From positions 4,860,001-4,892,000 of the forward strand of contig NZ_LN831039.1 in the NCBI RefSeq assembly GCF_001457595.1: a stretch of 32,000 nucleotides of DNA, given 5' to 3'. This stretch comes from Mycolicibacterium smegmatis (GTDB lineage Bacteria; Actinomycetota; Actinomycetes; Mycobacteriales; Mycobacteriaceae). Positions 1-12,600 of this stretch are shown here, piece after piece (the stretch's first letter is position 1; every line of letters begins with the position of its first letter). The position numbers were made by a program, and so were the translations under genes. The notes beneath the pieces are model-generated. The model saw nothing but the letters and a program-made list of their open reading frames with translations. It did no database searches and had not been told where the DNA came from.

Positions 1-187
1 TCGCGCCCACGCCCGCGAGTGACGCCGTCACCGCGGGCTTCCTGATGAACCCCACGACTGCGGCCCTGATGTCGTCGGCGACCCGTTGCGGGTTGGCACG
101 CTCGGCCAGCGAGTCGACAGTCAACGCCAGCCGATCGCGGGCCTCGTCGATCTCGCGCTTGATGGTCTCCGGATCGCGGTTCGCCAC
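1..187 (-). CDS. DUF3618-like small protein, N-terminal part only (gene continues past the left edge)
   Basis: Minus-strand GTG at 187..185 lies 6 nt after AGGAG (198..194). It reads VANRDPETIKREIDEARDRLALTVDSLAERANPQRVADDIRAAVVGF..., the RDPE.I..EI...R..L..TVD.L pattern I associate with DUF3618 proteins. It is absent from the ORF track because the window truncates it. Confidence 0.6.
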   Translation of the reverse strand, partial: MANRDPETIKREIDEARDRLALTVDSLAERANPQRVADDIRAAVVGFIRKPAVTASLAGVGA

Positions 188-291
188 TGTTTGCTCCTCT
201 AAGCCGGTCCGTGTCGTGGTGCCCTGCCGCACTACCCTAGATCAGCCGGCACCGTTCGATCGGTACCGCCCGACGAGAAGGGATCTTGTGC

Positions 292-765
292 ATGCCGCCA
301 ACACCCCGTCTACAGGCAGGTGACACCGCACCCGCGTTCAGTCTGCCGGATGCCGACGGCAACACTGTCAGTCTCTCCGATTACCGGGGCCGAAAGGTCA
401 TCGTGTACTTCTACCCGGCGGCATCCACCCCGGGGTGCACCAAGCAGGCCTGCGACTTCCGCGACAACCTCGCCGAACTCAACGACGCGGGCCTCGACGT
501 CGTCGGGATCTCCCCCGACAAGCCCGAGAAGTTGGCCAAGTTCCGCGACAAGGAGGGTCTGACCTTCCCGCTGCTGTCCGACCCCGACAGGTCGGTGCTG
601 ACGGCCTGGGGGGCGTACGGAGAAAAGACCATGTACGGCAAGACCGTTCAGGGCGTCATCCGGTCCACGTTCCTGGTCGACGAGGACGGCAAGATCGCCG
701 TCGCGCAGTACAACGTGCGCGCCACCGGCCACGTCGCCAAACTGCGCCGCGACCTGTCGGTCTGA
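292..765 (+). CDS. bcp: Peroxiredoxin Bcp (thiol peroxidase)
   Basis: ORF track 286..765. ATG at 292 is preferred over TTG at 286 (GAAGGGA about 8 nt upstream). The translation carries the peroxidatic-Cys motif YFYPAASTPGCTKQACDFRD and, from memory, is nearly collinear with M. tuberculosis Bcp (Rv2521). Confidence 0.93.
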   Translation: MPPTPRLQAGDTAPAFSLPDADGNTVSLSDYRGRKVIVYFYPAASTPGCTKQACDFRDNLAELNDAGLDVVGISPDKPEKLAKFRDKEGLTFPLLSDPDRSVLTAWGAYGEKTMYGKTVQGVIRSTFLVDEDGKIAVAQYNVRATGHVAKLRRDLSV

Positions 766-776
766 CCGCGTGACCT

Positions 777-1784
777 TCAGGTCTGTGTGAACAGCAGGAA
801 GGTCAGGTACGCCAGGTAGGCCACCACCATCGCGCCGCCCTCGGCGCGATGGACGCGGCGCCCCGAGAAGAAGACCGGGATCAGCAACAGGGTCGCGACG
901 ACCATGACGGGGATGTCGATCCACACCAGGCTCGAGTTGAGCGGCAACCCGTCCGCAGGCACCAGGCACGTGGCGCCCAGGATCAGCACGATGTTGTAGA
1001 CGCTGCTGCCCAACAGGTTTCCGATCGCGATGTCGCGCTCGCCGCGCACCGTGGAGACGATCGTCGTCACCAGTTCGGGAGCCGACGTGCCGATCGCGAC
1101 GATCGTGAGCCCGATCAGCGCGTCGGAGACCCCGAATTCGCGTGCGATACCCACAGCCCCCTCGACGAGCCAATCGGCCCCGACGACCACGACGGTGATA
1201 CCGACGATCGTCATCGCGAAATACCGTACGAGGCTTCCCGTGTCGGGCATGTCGGGTTCACGCTCTGCGGCGCCGTCGTCGCCTGCCGGCTCACCTCGGT
1301 ACGCGTACGCGTACTCGTCGACGACGTCCCGGCTCTCGACCCGCGCCGAGCGCACCACCACCACGGTGTACGCGACCGCGGCACACAGCAGGATCACGCC
1401 GTCGACGCGCGACAGCGTCCCGTCGATGCACAGCACCCAGAACAGCACCGCTGCCACTGCCATCACGGGCAGATCGAGACGCAACGTGCGCCGCTGAATC
1501 GCCAAGGGCCGCAACAGTGCACTGAGCCCGAGGATGAACAGCAGGTTCACGGTGTTGGTGCCCGCGATGTTGCCGACCGCGAGCGCACCGCTACCCTCGG
1601 TGGCCGCCGTCACGCCCACGGCCAGTTCGGGCAGACTCGTCCCGATAGACACCACCGTCATACCGACGACGATGGGGCTGATACCCATTCGCGACGCCAT
1701 CTGGGCACCACCGCGAACCATCACCTCTGACCCGAACGCCAGGGCGAGCAGGCCCGCCACGAACCAGGCAGCGCTGCCCAGCAC
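777..1784 (-). CDS. Ca2+/cation antiporter, CaCA family (YrbG-like)
   Basis: 335-aa polytopic membrane ORF with a GTG start. It has the two alpha-repeat signatures SIGTSLPELAV and AIGTSAPELVT. The start lies 6 nt after the stop of the upstream M20 gene, so they likely form an operon. Confidence 0.85.
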   Translation of the reverse strand: MLGSAAWFVAGLLALAFGSEVMVRGGAQMASRMGISPIVVGMTVVSIGTSLPELAVGVTAATEGSGALAVGNIAGTNTVNLLFILGLSALLRPLAIQRRTLRLDLPVMAVAAVLFWVLCIDGTLSRVDGVILLCAAVAYTVVVVRSARVESRDVVDEYAYAYRGEPAGDDGAAEREPDMPDTGSLVRYFAMTIVGITVVVVGADWLVEGAVGIAREFGVSDALIGLTIVAIGTSAPELVTTIVSTVRGERDIAIGNLLGSSVYNIVLILGATCLVPADGLPLNSSLVWIDIPVMVVATLLLIPVFFSGRRVHRAEGGAMVVAYLAYLTFLLFTQT

Positions 1785-1790
1785 GGTCCG

Positions 1791-3119
1791 TCAGCGGCCG
1801 AGCGCGTCGAGCAGCAACGCCTCCGCGGTCGCGGCCTTCTCGAACACCCCGAGGTGCAGGCTCTCGTTGATGCTGTGGGCTTGTGTGCCCGGATCTTCCA
1901 CACCGGTCACCAGGATCGTCGCGTCCGGGAACGCCGCGGCGAACTCCGCGATGAACGGGATCGACCCGCCCATCCCCATGTCCACGGGTTCGTGGCCCCA
2001 GGCCTTGCCGAACGCCGCGCGGGCGGCGTCGTACACCGGCCCGCTCGCGTCGATGGCGTAGGGCTGCCCGATGTCACCGGGTGTGACCGTGACCTTCGCG
2101 CCCCACGGCGTGTTCGCCTCGAGGTGACGCGTCAGGGCCTCCAGATGCGCGCGGGCATCGCCGCCGGGGGCCACGCGCATGCTGATCTTGGCGCGCGCCC
2201 GCGGGATGAGGGTGTTCGACGACTTGCCGATGGGCGTGGTGTCGATCCCGATGACGGTCACGGCGGGCTTGGCCCACATGCGTTGCACCACTGAGCCCGA
2301 ACCGATCTCGGACACGCCGTCGAGCAGACCGGATTCCTGCCTGACCCAGTCCACGCCGCGGTCGACGTCGGCCGCGGTGGCCTCGTGCAGACCTTCCACC
2401 GCGACGTTGCCCTCGTCGTCGTGCAGGCTCGCCAGCAGCCGTACCAACACGCTCAGCGCATCGGGAACCACGCCACCCCACAGGCCGGAATGCAGGCCGT
2501 GGTCGAGCGTGGCCACCTCCACCACGCAGTCCGCCAGACCGCGCAGCGACACCGTGAGCGCGGGTTGTTCGGTGCTCCAGTTGTCGGAGTCGGCGATGAT
2601 GATGACATCGGCGGCCAGCGCGTCGCGGTGCGCCGCGAGCAGCGCGCCCAGCGACGGTGAACCGGACTCCTCCTCGCCTTCGACGAACACCGTCACGCCG
2701 ACCGGCGGCTTGCCGTCGAAGGCGCGCACCGCCGCGAGATGCGTTGCGATGCCTGCCTTGTCGTCGGCGGTGCCCCTGCCGTAGAGCCGGCCGTCACGTT
2801 CGGTCGGCTCGAACGGCGGTGAATCCCATTGCGCCGGGTCACCTTCCGGCTGCACGTCGTGGTGGGCGTACAGCAGCACCGTCGGCGCCCCTGGCGGCGC
2901 GGGGTGGTGCGCGATGACCGCGGGCGCGCCGCCCTCGCTCACGATGCGGACGTCGCCGAACCCGGCATCGGTCAGCAGCTTCGCGACCGCCTCGGCGCTG
3001 CGTGTCACCTCGCCGCGGCGGGCCGGATCGGCCCACACCGATTGGATGCGGACCAGATCCTCAAGATCCGCCCGCACCGAAGGCAACACCTGCTTGACCC
3101 GCGCGACCACATCACTCAT
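1791..3119 (-). CDS. M20 family metallopeptidase / dipeptidase (Rv2522c-like)
   Basis: 442-aa ORF with ATG at 3119. M20 metal-ligand motifs are present: LLYAHHDVQP, GRGTADDKAG, VEGEEESGS. Its position next to acpS-fas matches the M. tuberculosis gene order. Confidence 0.85.
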   Translation of the reverse strand: MSDVVARVKQVLPSVRADLEDLVRIQSVWADPARRGEVTRSAEAVAKLLTDAGFGDVRIVSEGGAPAVIAHHPAPPGAPTVLLYAHHDVQPEGDPAQWDSPPFEPTERDGRLYGRGTADDKAGIATHLAAVRAFDGKPPVGVTVFVEGEEESGSPSLGALLAAHRDALAADVIIIADSDNWSTEQPALTVSLRGLADCVVEVATLDHGLHSGLWGGVVPDALSVLVRLLASLHDDEGNVAVEGLHEATAADVDRGVDWVRQESGLLDGVSEIGSGSVVQRMWAKPAVTVIGIDTTPIGKSSNTLIPRARAKISMRVAPGGDARAHLEALTRHLEANTPWGAKVTVTPGDIGQPYAIDASGPVYDAARAAFGKAWGHEPVDMGMGGSIPFIAEFAAAFPDATILVTGVEDPGTQAHSINESLHLGVFEKAATAEALLLDALGR

Positions 3120-3126
3120 ACCGGTG

Positions 3127-3132
3127 AGCCTA
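3127..3132 (-). promoter_or_regulatory. Candidate -10 hexamer TAGGCT, 7 nt upstream of the M20 ATG (possible leaderless start)
   Basis: The minus strand reads TAGGCT-caccggt-ATG. No Shine-Dalgarno sequence sits in the 35-nt gap after acpS. TANNNT is the mycobacterial -10 consensus. Confidence 0.3.
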
Positions 3133-3154
3133 GTGGCGAGGTGGCGGAGTGCGC

Positions 3155-3547
3155 CTAGGGCTCTTCGATGATCGCGACCGCGGCGGCGGTCTGATCCTCG
3201 TGCGTGAGCGACACGTGGATGGTCACGTCCTCCAGGTGTTTGGCGATCTCACCGGACAACCGCACCTTCGGACGGCCCCACATGTCGGTCACCACCTCGA
3301 TGTCGCGGTGGATCCCTTCCGGCAGGGCGGGCCGCTTGGAGAACCGAGAGCTCGACCAGGCCTTGATCACGGCTTCCTTGGCGGCCCACCGGGCCGCCAG
3401 GTGCCGGGCCGCCGACGAACTCTTGTCCGCGGCGTCCCGGCGCTCACCTGGCGTGAACGTCTCGGCGAACACGGTGCCCGGCCGGTCGACCTGCTCGGCG
3501 AAATCCGGGATGGACACCAGATCGATACCGACTCCGACTATCGCCAT
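3155..3547 (-). CDS. acpS: Holo-[acyl-carrier-protein] synthase (4'-phosphopantetheinyl transferase)
   Basis: 130-aa ORF beginning MAIVGVGIDLVSIPDF and containing AARWAAKEAVIKAW, typical of AcpS. It lies 57 nt downstream of fas, consistent with the known mycobacterial fas-acpS operon. Confidence 0.92.
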   Translation of the reverse strand: MAIVGVGIDLVSIPDFAEQVDRPGTVFAETFTPGERRDAADKSSSAARHLAARWAAKEAVIKAWSSSRFSKRPALPEGIHRDIEVVTDMWGRPKVRLSGEIAKHLEDVTIHVSLTHEDQTAAAVAIIEEP

Positions 3548-3604
3548 AGAAGCGAACCTAGTCGACGGTGTCCTCGCCGAGTCACTCCACTCCCTTCGAC
3601 ACGA

Positions 3605-6600
3605 TCACAGGACGTACTGATCGTTCTCGCCGAGGCGCGCGTCCGTGCTGAGCAGCATGGCCGCCTCCTGGCGCTTCTCGGGCACGTCGTGGTCGAACCG
3701 GCGGTCGGCAGGCTTCTCGTACATCGGCCGCCCACCGGCGATCGCGCTGACCAGCCGTCGCTGACCGGCGAGCATGCGCTGCTCGGCCCGCGTGCGGTAG
3801 TCCTCGCGCTCGGACGGATCCAGCGCGGCGATGAACGCCTCGGGATGCACCAGCGCCACCAGACCCGACACGTGCCCGAACCCGAGGCTGGTCACCAGAC
3901 CGGCCTTGAGCGGGAACTTGCCGCGCAGGTCCAGGGGCTCACGCACCCACACGAAGTGGCCCGAGGTGGCCAGCTCGTCGTCGACGCAATCCAGGCTGCG
4001 GTTCGGCGGGATGACCCCGTCGCGCAGGATCTGGCACAGGCCCATCATCTGGAACACCGCGGCGCCGCCCTTCGCGTGACCGGTCAGTGTCTTCTGGCTG
4101 ACGACGAACAGCGGGTTACCCGGCGCCCGGCCCATCGAGTCCGCGATCCGCTCGTGCAGCTCGGTCTCGTTGGGGTCGTTGGCCAGCGTCGAGGTGTCGT
4201 GCTTGGAGATCACCGCGATGTCGTCGGCACCGACGCCCAGCTGGGCCAGCGACCGTGCCAGCGTCGACTCCCTGCCGCCGCGGGCGGCGCCCAGGGCACC
4301 GAGTCCCGGAGCCGGGATGGACGTGTGCACACCGTCGGCGAAGCTCTGCGCGTAACCGACGACCGCGAGCACCGGCAGACCCATCTTGAGCGCGAGATCA
4401 CCGCGGGCCAGCAGGATGGTGCCACCACCCTGGGCCTCGAGGAACCCGAGCCTGCGACGGTCGTTGGCGCGCGAGAACTTCGAGTCGCTGATGCCCTTGG
4501 CCCGCATCATCTCGGTGTCGGCCGTGGCGGCCATGTCACCGAATCCGATGATGGCCTCCAGCGTCAGATCGTCGAAGCCGCCGGCGATGACCAGGTCGGC
4601 CTTGCCGAGCTTGATCTTGTCGACGCCCTCTTCCACCGAGACCGCTGCCGTGGCGCACGCACCCACCGGGTGGACCATCGCGCCGTAACCGCCCACATAC
4701 GACTGCATGACATGTGCGGCAACGACGTTCGGCAGGACCTCCTGCAGGATGTCGTTCGGCTTGGCCCGGCCCAGCAGGTTGCCGTGGTACATGGTCTGCA
4801 TCGAGGTCATGCCGCCCATGCCGGTGCCCTGCGTGGACGCCACCTGGCTGGGGTGCACCCAGCGCATCAGCTCGGTCGGTGTGAAGCCGGACGACAGGAA
4901 CGCGTCGACGGTCGCGACGATGTTCCACAGCGCCACACGGTCGATCGAGCTCGCCATGTCCGGGCTGATGCCCCAGACCGTGGGGTCGAAGCCCGTCGGG
5001 ATCTGCGCACCCACGGTCCGCGACAGCTTGGTCTTGCGCGGCACGCGGATCTCGGTGCCCGCCTTGCGGGTCACCTCCCAGTCGGACGAATCCGGCAGCG
5101 GGCGGGCCACGGTGTGCTCGGGGTCGAACTGCACGAACGCACGCGCATCGGCCTCGCTGGACACCACGAACGTGAAGTCCTTGTCCAGGAACACACTCAC
5201 CAGCAGCGGCGACGCGTGATCGGGGTCGATCGCGCCGTCGTCGACGAACTCGCGGATACCGCAGCGCTCCACGACCGCGTCGTGATAGCGCTCCACGATC
5301 TCGCACTCGGGCACCAGTTCACCGGTCTCGGTGTCGTACCAGCCGGCCTTGGGATCGTCCTCCCACTTGACCATGCCGGTCGTCCACGCGAGTTCGAGCA
5401 CGCCGGCCGCCGACAACTCGCCGGAGACCTCCATCTCGAAGCGCGTGCGCGACGAACCGTACGGGCCGAGTTCGGCACCACCGACGATGACGACCAGATC
5501 GGCCGGGTCGACGTCGAGGTCGTCCCATTCCGGAGCCGGCGCCGGGTTGTAGCCCCGCGGCGGCGACGGCAACGCGCGGATGGTTCCCGCGGGCGCCTCG
5601 TCGTCGGATTCGTCTGCCGCACCGGACATCTCCTCGCGGGCCTTGGCAGCCAGCTCGGCCATGTCGATCTTGATGTCGCCCAGACCGCCGGTCAGGTCGA
5701 CCTTCACCGGCGCACCCGCCGCGGCCACCTTGGTCTCCACCGTGCAGAGATCCAGCAGCATCGCCGCCATCTCGTCGGTGGTGTAGGTGGTCACGCCTGC
5801 CTCTTCGACCGCGCTGACGATGGCGTCGTTCTGGCCCATCAGGCCGGTGCCCTTGGTCCAGCCGATCAGCGCATGCGCCAGGCTGACCCGCTCGGCCCAC
5901 GACTTCTCGGCGCTCCAGCGGTTCTCCAGCGCGTCGAGTGCCGATTTGGCCTCGCCGTACGCGCCGTCGCCACCGAACATGCCGCGGTTCGGCGAACCCG
6001 GCAGCACGACGTGCAGACGCGACGCGATGTCACGCTCGGCGCCGATCTTCGACAGCCCGCTGATGAGCCGCTGCACGGCCCACAACAGCACCTTCATCTC
6101 CATCTCGGCGCGCGAGCCGACCTCGGACATGTCCCCGGCCACACGCGGTGCGGCGAACGGGAACAGCAGCGTCGGGGTCTGCGCATCCTTGAGGTGGATC
6201 GACTGCGGCCCAAGGCTTTCGGTCTGCTCGGTACCGACCCACTCCACGAGCTTGTCGATATCGCTGTAGGAGGCCATGTTCGCCGGGACCACCCACAGGG
6301 TGGCGTCGAACCGGGCGTGGTCGCGGTAGAGCTGCTTGTAGAACGCGAGCCGGTCGTCGTCCAGACGCGAGGTCGTGGCGATGACCGTGGCGCCGCCGTC
6401 GAGCAGCTGCCCGACGACCGATGCCGCGATCGAGCCCTTCGACGCGCCGGTGACCACAGCGACCTCGTCGCTGTAGCGGCCCTTGCCCGGGTTCTCCGCA
6501 CCGGCGGCGATCCGGCCGAACAGCGACGCGTGGACGTTGCGGCCCGCGGCAAGCGCCTTGCCCTGCCACCAGTTCGCCTGTGTCGCAACCACATGGCCCG

Positions 6601-9600
6601 TGCCCTCGAAGCGCTGCGAGAGCTGCTCCCACTGCGCGTCGATGTCGCCTTCTTCGGCCAGCCAGAGCTTGACCAGGTCCTCGCGGGCGCTGGCCCACCG
6701 GTCGTCGAACACCACGGCCTTGCGGGCGTCGAACGTCGGAGCCACCAGACGCGGCCAGTCCGAACCGAGTTCGGCGGTGACCAGGTCGATCAGCTCGGCG
6801 TCGGTGGCCGCCTCCGGGGTGGTGACGACGTCGGAAAGACCCAGCTGGTTGAGCACCAGGCGCGCGGCCGAGGCCAGCACACCGTCGGGACCGGTGACCT
6901 TCTCGGCGAACTCGCCGAGTGCCGCGGAGTCCACGACACCACCCGAGGCGCCACCCGCCGACGGCAGCGAGACCGAAATCCCGCGCCGCGCAGCGACTGC
7001 CGCGACAGCGCCGTCGATGACCTTGTCGACGTCGGCCGCCGACGCCAGAGCACCGGCGTGCAGACCACCCAGGTCGCCACCGCGCACGCTGCTGCCCTCA
7101 CGCGTGCCGAGCGCGAACTCGACGGTCACGTGCTTGGCCCAGCCCGGCCCCAGCTCCCAGGTCTTGGTGACGCGCTCGGTGATGTACGCCGGACGTTTGC
7201 CCGACGGTCCGAGCACGGTACGCAACTGGTCGTTGATCGCGTCCGAGAGCACCGGGCCGAACGGCTTGTAGGTGCGGGCGAGCTTGGTCACCTGCCCCTT
7301 GAGCGCACCCAGATCCGCTTCTGCCGCACCGTCGATCGCGCCGAGGTTCAGCTCGGAACCGAGGTCGACCAGCAGCTGGTTACGCCGCGAGGACGCGCCG
7401 TCGGTGATCGACTCGATGGAGTCGAGCGCCTCGATCTGGTCGATGCGCATCTTGGCGCTCAGCGCGATCAGCGCCACTGTCGCGTCCGCGGCATCGAACG
7501 TGATGTCGTCGGGGCGGGGTCCGCCGGACGGCGCCGCGGGCGCGGCGACCGGAGCCGGGGCCGCCGCAGCAGCAGGCGCCGCCTCGGCGGGCGCATCTGC
7601 CGTGGGCTCGTCGGCCTCGGGCTCGGGTTCCGGATCGGTGTCGGTGGCGAACAGCACCGCGGCGTCACGCTCGGAGTTGAGCACCTCGACGGTGCTGTGC
7701 GAGTACTCCGGGAGCTTGAGCGTGTTGGTCGCCAGGCCGGCCACGGTCGGGGCCGACTTCACGCCGATCTCGACGAACCGCTCGACACCGAGACCGCCTG
7801 CGGCCTCCTCGATGAACAGCAGGTCCTGCGTCTCGATCCAGCGCACCGGGCTGGCGAACTGCCATGCCAGAAGCTCGATGACGACCTTGCGGCACAGTTC
7901 CTTCGGCTTCTCGTTGCGCCACGTGTCGTAGTCGGCGAGCACCTCGTCGAGCGGCTCGGCGGGCACCAGGTCCCGGATCTCCTGGATGAAATCGCGGTCC
8001 AGGGTGAACGGCCGGGGCACCAGGTTCGGGATGTAGCGCCCGATGATCAGCTCGGGATCCTTGTCGCGCGGCATGACGCGCTCCAGGCTGCGCCGGAAGT
8101 CGGCCACGCCGACCCGCAGCACGCTCGAGTGGAACGGCACGTCGATGCCGGGCACCAGGATGAACGACCGCTTGCCGCCGGTGATCTGGCGACGACGCTC
8201 GATCTCCTCCTCCAGCGCCTCCAGGCCTGCGACCGTGCCCGCGATGGCGTACTGCGAGCCGCGCAGGTTGAAGTTCACGATCTCCAGGAACTCACCCGTG
8301 CGCTCGGAGATCTCGGCGACGAAGTCCTTGACGTCGGCGTCGTCGAGGTCGATCTGGCTGGGCCGGATCGCGGCCAGGCGGTAGTTCGACCGGCCCAGTT
8401 CGTCACGCGGCACGATGTCGTGCATCTTGCTGCCGCGGTGGAACACGACCTCAAGCAGTGCCTCCAGCTCGTACACGCCGGACACGCATGCCAGCGCGGT
8501 GTACTCACCGACGGAGTGACCGCACGCGATCGCGCCCTCGACGAACGCACCCTGCTCACGCATCTCGGCGACCTGCGCGGCCGCGACGGTCGCCATGGCG
8601 ACCTGGGTGAACTGCGTCAGGAACAGCACGCCGTCGGGGTGGTGGTAGTGCACGCCCGAGGCGATCAGGCTGGTGGGGTTGTCGCGCACGACGTGCAGCA
8701 CCGAGAACCCGAGGGTCTCGCGGGTGAACTTGTCGGCCGAGTCCCACACCTTGCGGGCGGCCTTCGAGCGGGCACGGACCTCCATGCCCATGCCCTTGTG
8801 CTGGATGCCCTGGCCGGGGAACGCGTAGACGGTCTTCGGGGCCGCCAGGCGTGCGGTCGCCGCCATCACCAGCTCCGAGCCGATGCGTGCGGAGACCTCC
8901 AGAACCTCTGCGCCGACGTCGATTCCGACGCGGTCGACGCGGAAGTCGACCTGGTCGCCCGGCTTGACCATGCCCAGGAAGCGCGCGGTCCAGCCGATGA
9001 GCTTGGCCGGCGGGACGGGCTTGCCGTCGGTGGCGGTGACGACGTGCTGGGCCGCGGCCGAAAGCCACATGCCGTGCACGATCGGGCCTTCCAGCCCGGC
9101 CAGCAGCGCTGCGGCGCGGTCGGTGTGGATCGGGTTGTGGTCACCCGAGACCACGGCGAACGGACGCATGTCGACGGGGGCGCCCACGGTGACGTCGCGA
9201 CGGCGGCGGCGCGGGGTGTCGGTGGCGTTGTCGGAGATCGCACCACCGGCGCGCACCGGGTCGGTCAGTTCGGCCGCACCGGTGCGGCCGCGGATCGCGA
9301 ACCGCTCCTCCAGCGTGGCCAGCAGCGCGCCGTCGGCGGCGTTGCGCACCTCGACCGAGACCGGGACCACGCGGCCCACCTCGGTGTCGGTCGCCGCGGA
9401 AGCCTTTGCGGTGACGGTGAATTCGGCCGGCTCCTTGGGCAGCTCGGCCAGCAGACGTGCGGCGTGGTCGAGGTGCACGAGGCTCAGCAGACCCTCGATG
9501 ACGGGGAATCCGGCGTCGGTGGCCGCCGAACCGATCGCGGCGAACACCGCGGGCCAGCAGCGGCCGACGAGGGCGTCGGGCACGACGGTGAGCGTCGGGG

Positions 9601-12600
9601 CCAGCGGGGCGCCGAACGTCGCGGTGACACCCGTGTGGTCGGCGACGCGCTCGGGATCCCAGTCGACGGTCACGGTCGCGGTGTTGTCGACGACCTTCGG
9701 CAGGTTCTCCGGTCCCTCGACACCGGCCGCGATCGCGAGCACGGCGCGCATGGCGGTCGCGGCGTCGTCGACCTCGACGATGGGCGCGCCACCGCTGCGG
9801 ACCACGTCGGTCAGCGTGAAGCGGATCTCGATCCAGGTGCCGGACAACGGAACCGACAACACGACGTGCTGATCGTCGGCGACCTCAAGGCGTGCGCCCG
9901 TGGACGGGTGCGACGCGGAGCGGTTGTCCGAACCTTCCCGCACCTGCCACTCCGTGGGCGCGGCGATGCGGTGCACGGGGTTGACCGACATGCGGCCGGC
10001 CCACAGTACGTCGGGGGCGTCGAGCACGACGGCCAGCGGACCGCTCGCGTCGCGACGGGCCTGACGGCGCGAGAGCACCTCGACGGGCTCGGCGCCCGCG
10101 CCGAGCACCTCGTCGACCGCGGCCTGCTCGAAGCGGTCCAGCAGTTCACCGACGGGCTCGTCGACGCGGGTGATGCCCGCGACGGCCGCGGTGCCCGGGA
10201 TGACGCAGACCTGATCGGCCTCGTAGCGGGCGTCGTGCGCCTGCCACAGCGAGTCACTGCGCCACCAGCGGCGCACGTCCTTGTCGATGACCGGGACGAA
10301 GTTGACGGGCTTGCCGAGCGTCTTGCACAGCTCGACGAAGAACGGCACGTCGGCCGGGTGCAGGACGACGGTCTCGGCGTCCGGGTAGCGCTGCAGCAGC
10401 GCGGTGATGGCGGCCTCGGGGTCCTCCAGCAAACGCTCGCCGTCGGCATCGGCGTCGAACAGCGTCTCGATGGGCCCGAAGTCCTGCGGGTGCAGACGCG
10501 CCTCGGCACGCTTGAGCATCTGCTCGAAGCGGTCGCGCCAGGTGATGTCGAGCCACGGCGAATCCGGGCGCTTGGTGTCGGCGGTGCTGTTGCCGTCGCC
10601 GATCGCGAGTTCGACGTAGCGGCGCAGCCACTGCAGGTAGGTCATCTCGGCGACGTCACCGAAGTACGGCTTGGCGGTCTGCGCCATCGCGGCGATGATC
10701 TCGTCGCGGCGCTCGGCGACCGCGTCGGCGTCACCGGCGACCTCGTCGAGCAGACGCCCGCAGCGTGAGGCGGCGTTGTCGATCTCGTGGATGTCGGCGC
10801 CGAGCTGGCTGCGACCTGAGGCCATGCCGTTGGCGGCCTTGCCCGCACCCACCCACGCTTCGGTGCCCTTGGTCTCCACCAGCAGCTGCTTGACCTGCGG
10901 GCTGGTGGTCGCCTCCAGCGTCGCCATCGCGGCGGTGCCGACCAGGATGCCGTCGATCGGCATGAGCGGGTAGCCGTGCACCTCGGCCCAGCGGCCCGAC
11001 AGGTACTCGGCCGAACGCTCGGGCGTGCCGATGCCGCCGCCGACGCAGATCGTGATGTTGGAACGCGACCGCAGCTCGGAGTAGGTGGCCAGCAGCAGGT
11101 CGTCGAGGTCCTCCCATGAGTGGTGGCCACCGGCGCGGCCGCCCTCGATGTGCACGATCACCGGCTTGGTGGGGACCTCGGCGGCGATGCGGATGACCGA
11201 ACGGATCTGCTCGACCGTGCCCGGTTTGAACACGACGTGGCTGATGCCGACCTCGTTGAGTTCGTCGATGATGTCGACGGCCTCTTCGAGGTCCGGGATG
11301 CCCGCGCTGACGACGAGGCCGTCGATCGGGGCGCCGGACTGCCGGGCCCGCTGCACGAGGCGCTTGCCGCCGACCTGCAGCTTCCACAGGTAGGGGTCGA
11401 GGAACAGCGTGTTGAACTGGATCGCGCGGCCGGGCTCCAGCAGGGTCTCGAGCTCGGCGATGCGGTCGTTGAAGATCTGCTCGGTGACCTGCCCGCCGCC
11501 TGCGAGCTCGGCCCAGTGGCCTGCGTTGGCGGCCGCGGCGACGATCTTGGCGTCGACGGTCGTGGGCGTCATGCCCGCGAGCAGGATCGGGGAACGCCCG
11601 GTGAGCCGGGTGAACTTGGTCTCGAGCTTGACCGAGCCGTCGGGCAGCTTCACCACGGTCGGGGCGTAGCTGGACCACGGGCGGGCCACCTCGGGCACCG
11701 CGCCGACGGTGAACAGGTTGCGCTGGCCGCCGCGGGTGGCCGCCGGGACGATGCCGATGCCGAGGCCGCGGATGACGGGCGCGGTCAGCCGCGTCAGGAT
11801 GTCGCCGGGGCCCAGGTCGAGGATCCAGCGCGCGCCTGCCTCGTGCAGTTCGGTGATCTCGTCGACCCAGTCGACCTGGCGGACCAGGATGGATTCGGTG
11901 AGCTCCTTGGCGAGCTCGACGTCGAGGCCCACGGTCTCGGCCCAGCGGCCGACGATCTCGATGCCGTCGGACAGGCGCGGGGTGTGGAAGCCGACCTCGA
12001 CCTGCACGGGGTCGAAGACGGGAGCGAAGACCGCGCCACCGCGCAGCTTGTTCTTGCGCTCGGCCTCTTCCTTCTCGGCGATCTGGGTGCAGTACAGCTC
12101 GAAGCGCGACAGCTGCTCGGGGGTTCCGGTGATGACGACCGAGCGGCGTCCGTTGCGGATGGACAGCACGGGGGGCAGCACGGTGCGCACGTCGGAGGAG
12201 AACTCCTCGAGCAGCTCGTAGATGCGCTCGGGGTCGGCGTTGGTGACCGACACCATCGGCGGGCGGTCCCCCAGCACGGTGATGCCGCGGCGACGCGCGA
12301 CGAGGGTGCCCGCGGCACCGATCAGCTGCGCCAGGGCCAGCAGCTCGACGTCCTTGGCGCCCTTGGCGGCCAGCGCCTGCACCGCCAGCACACCCTGAGA
12401 GTGGCCTGCGACGGCGACCGGCGGGGTGGCGGTCAGATCCATGCCCTGACGCGCCAGCGCGCGTACCGCGGCGATCTGGGTGAGCAGGACACCCGGCACC
12501 GACACGGCGGCGGACGTCAACTGCTTGTCGGAGGGCACGGGCTCTTCGGCGGCCAGTGCACGCACCCACTGCAGGGGCTCGAAGCCGATCGGGCGGACGA

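Noticed and set aside
3149-10768. A 2539-aa plus-strand ORF, together with the 664-aa ORF at 11120..13114 and dozens of other long ORFs overlapping fas.
   Set aside because: They are antisense or out of frame relative to a 3089-aa ORF that carries every FAS-I catalytic motif. Their translations are Arg/Gly/Asp/His-rich low-complexity sequence. This is the usual absence of stop codons in non-coding frames of a high-GC genome.
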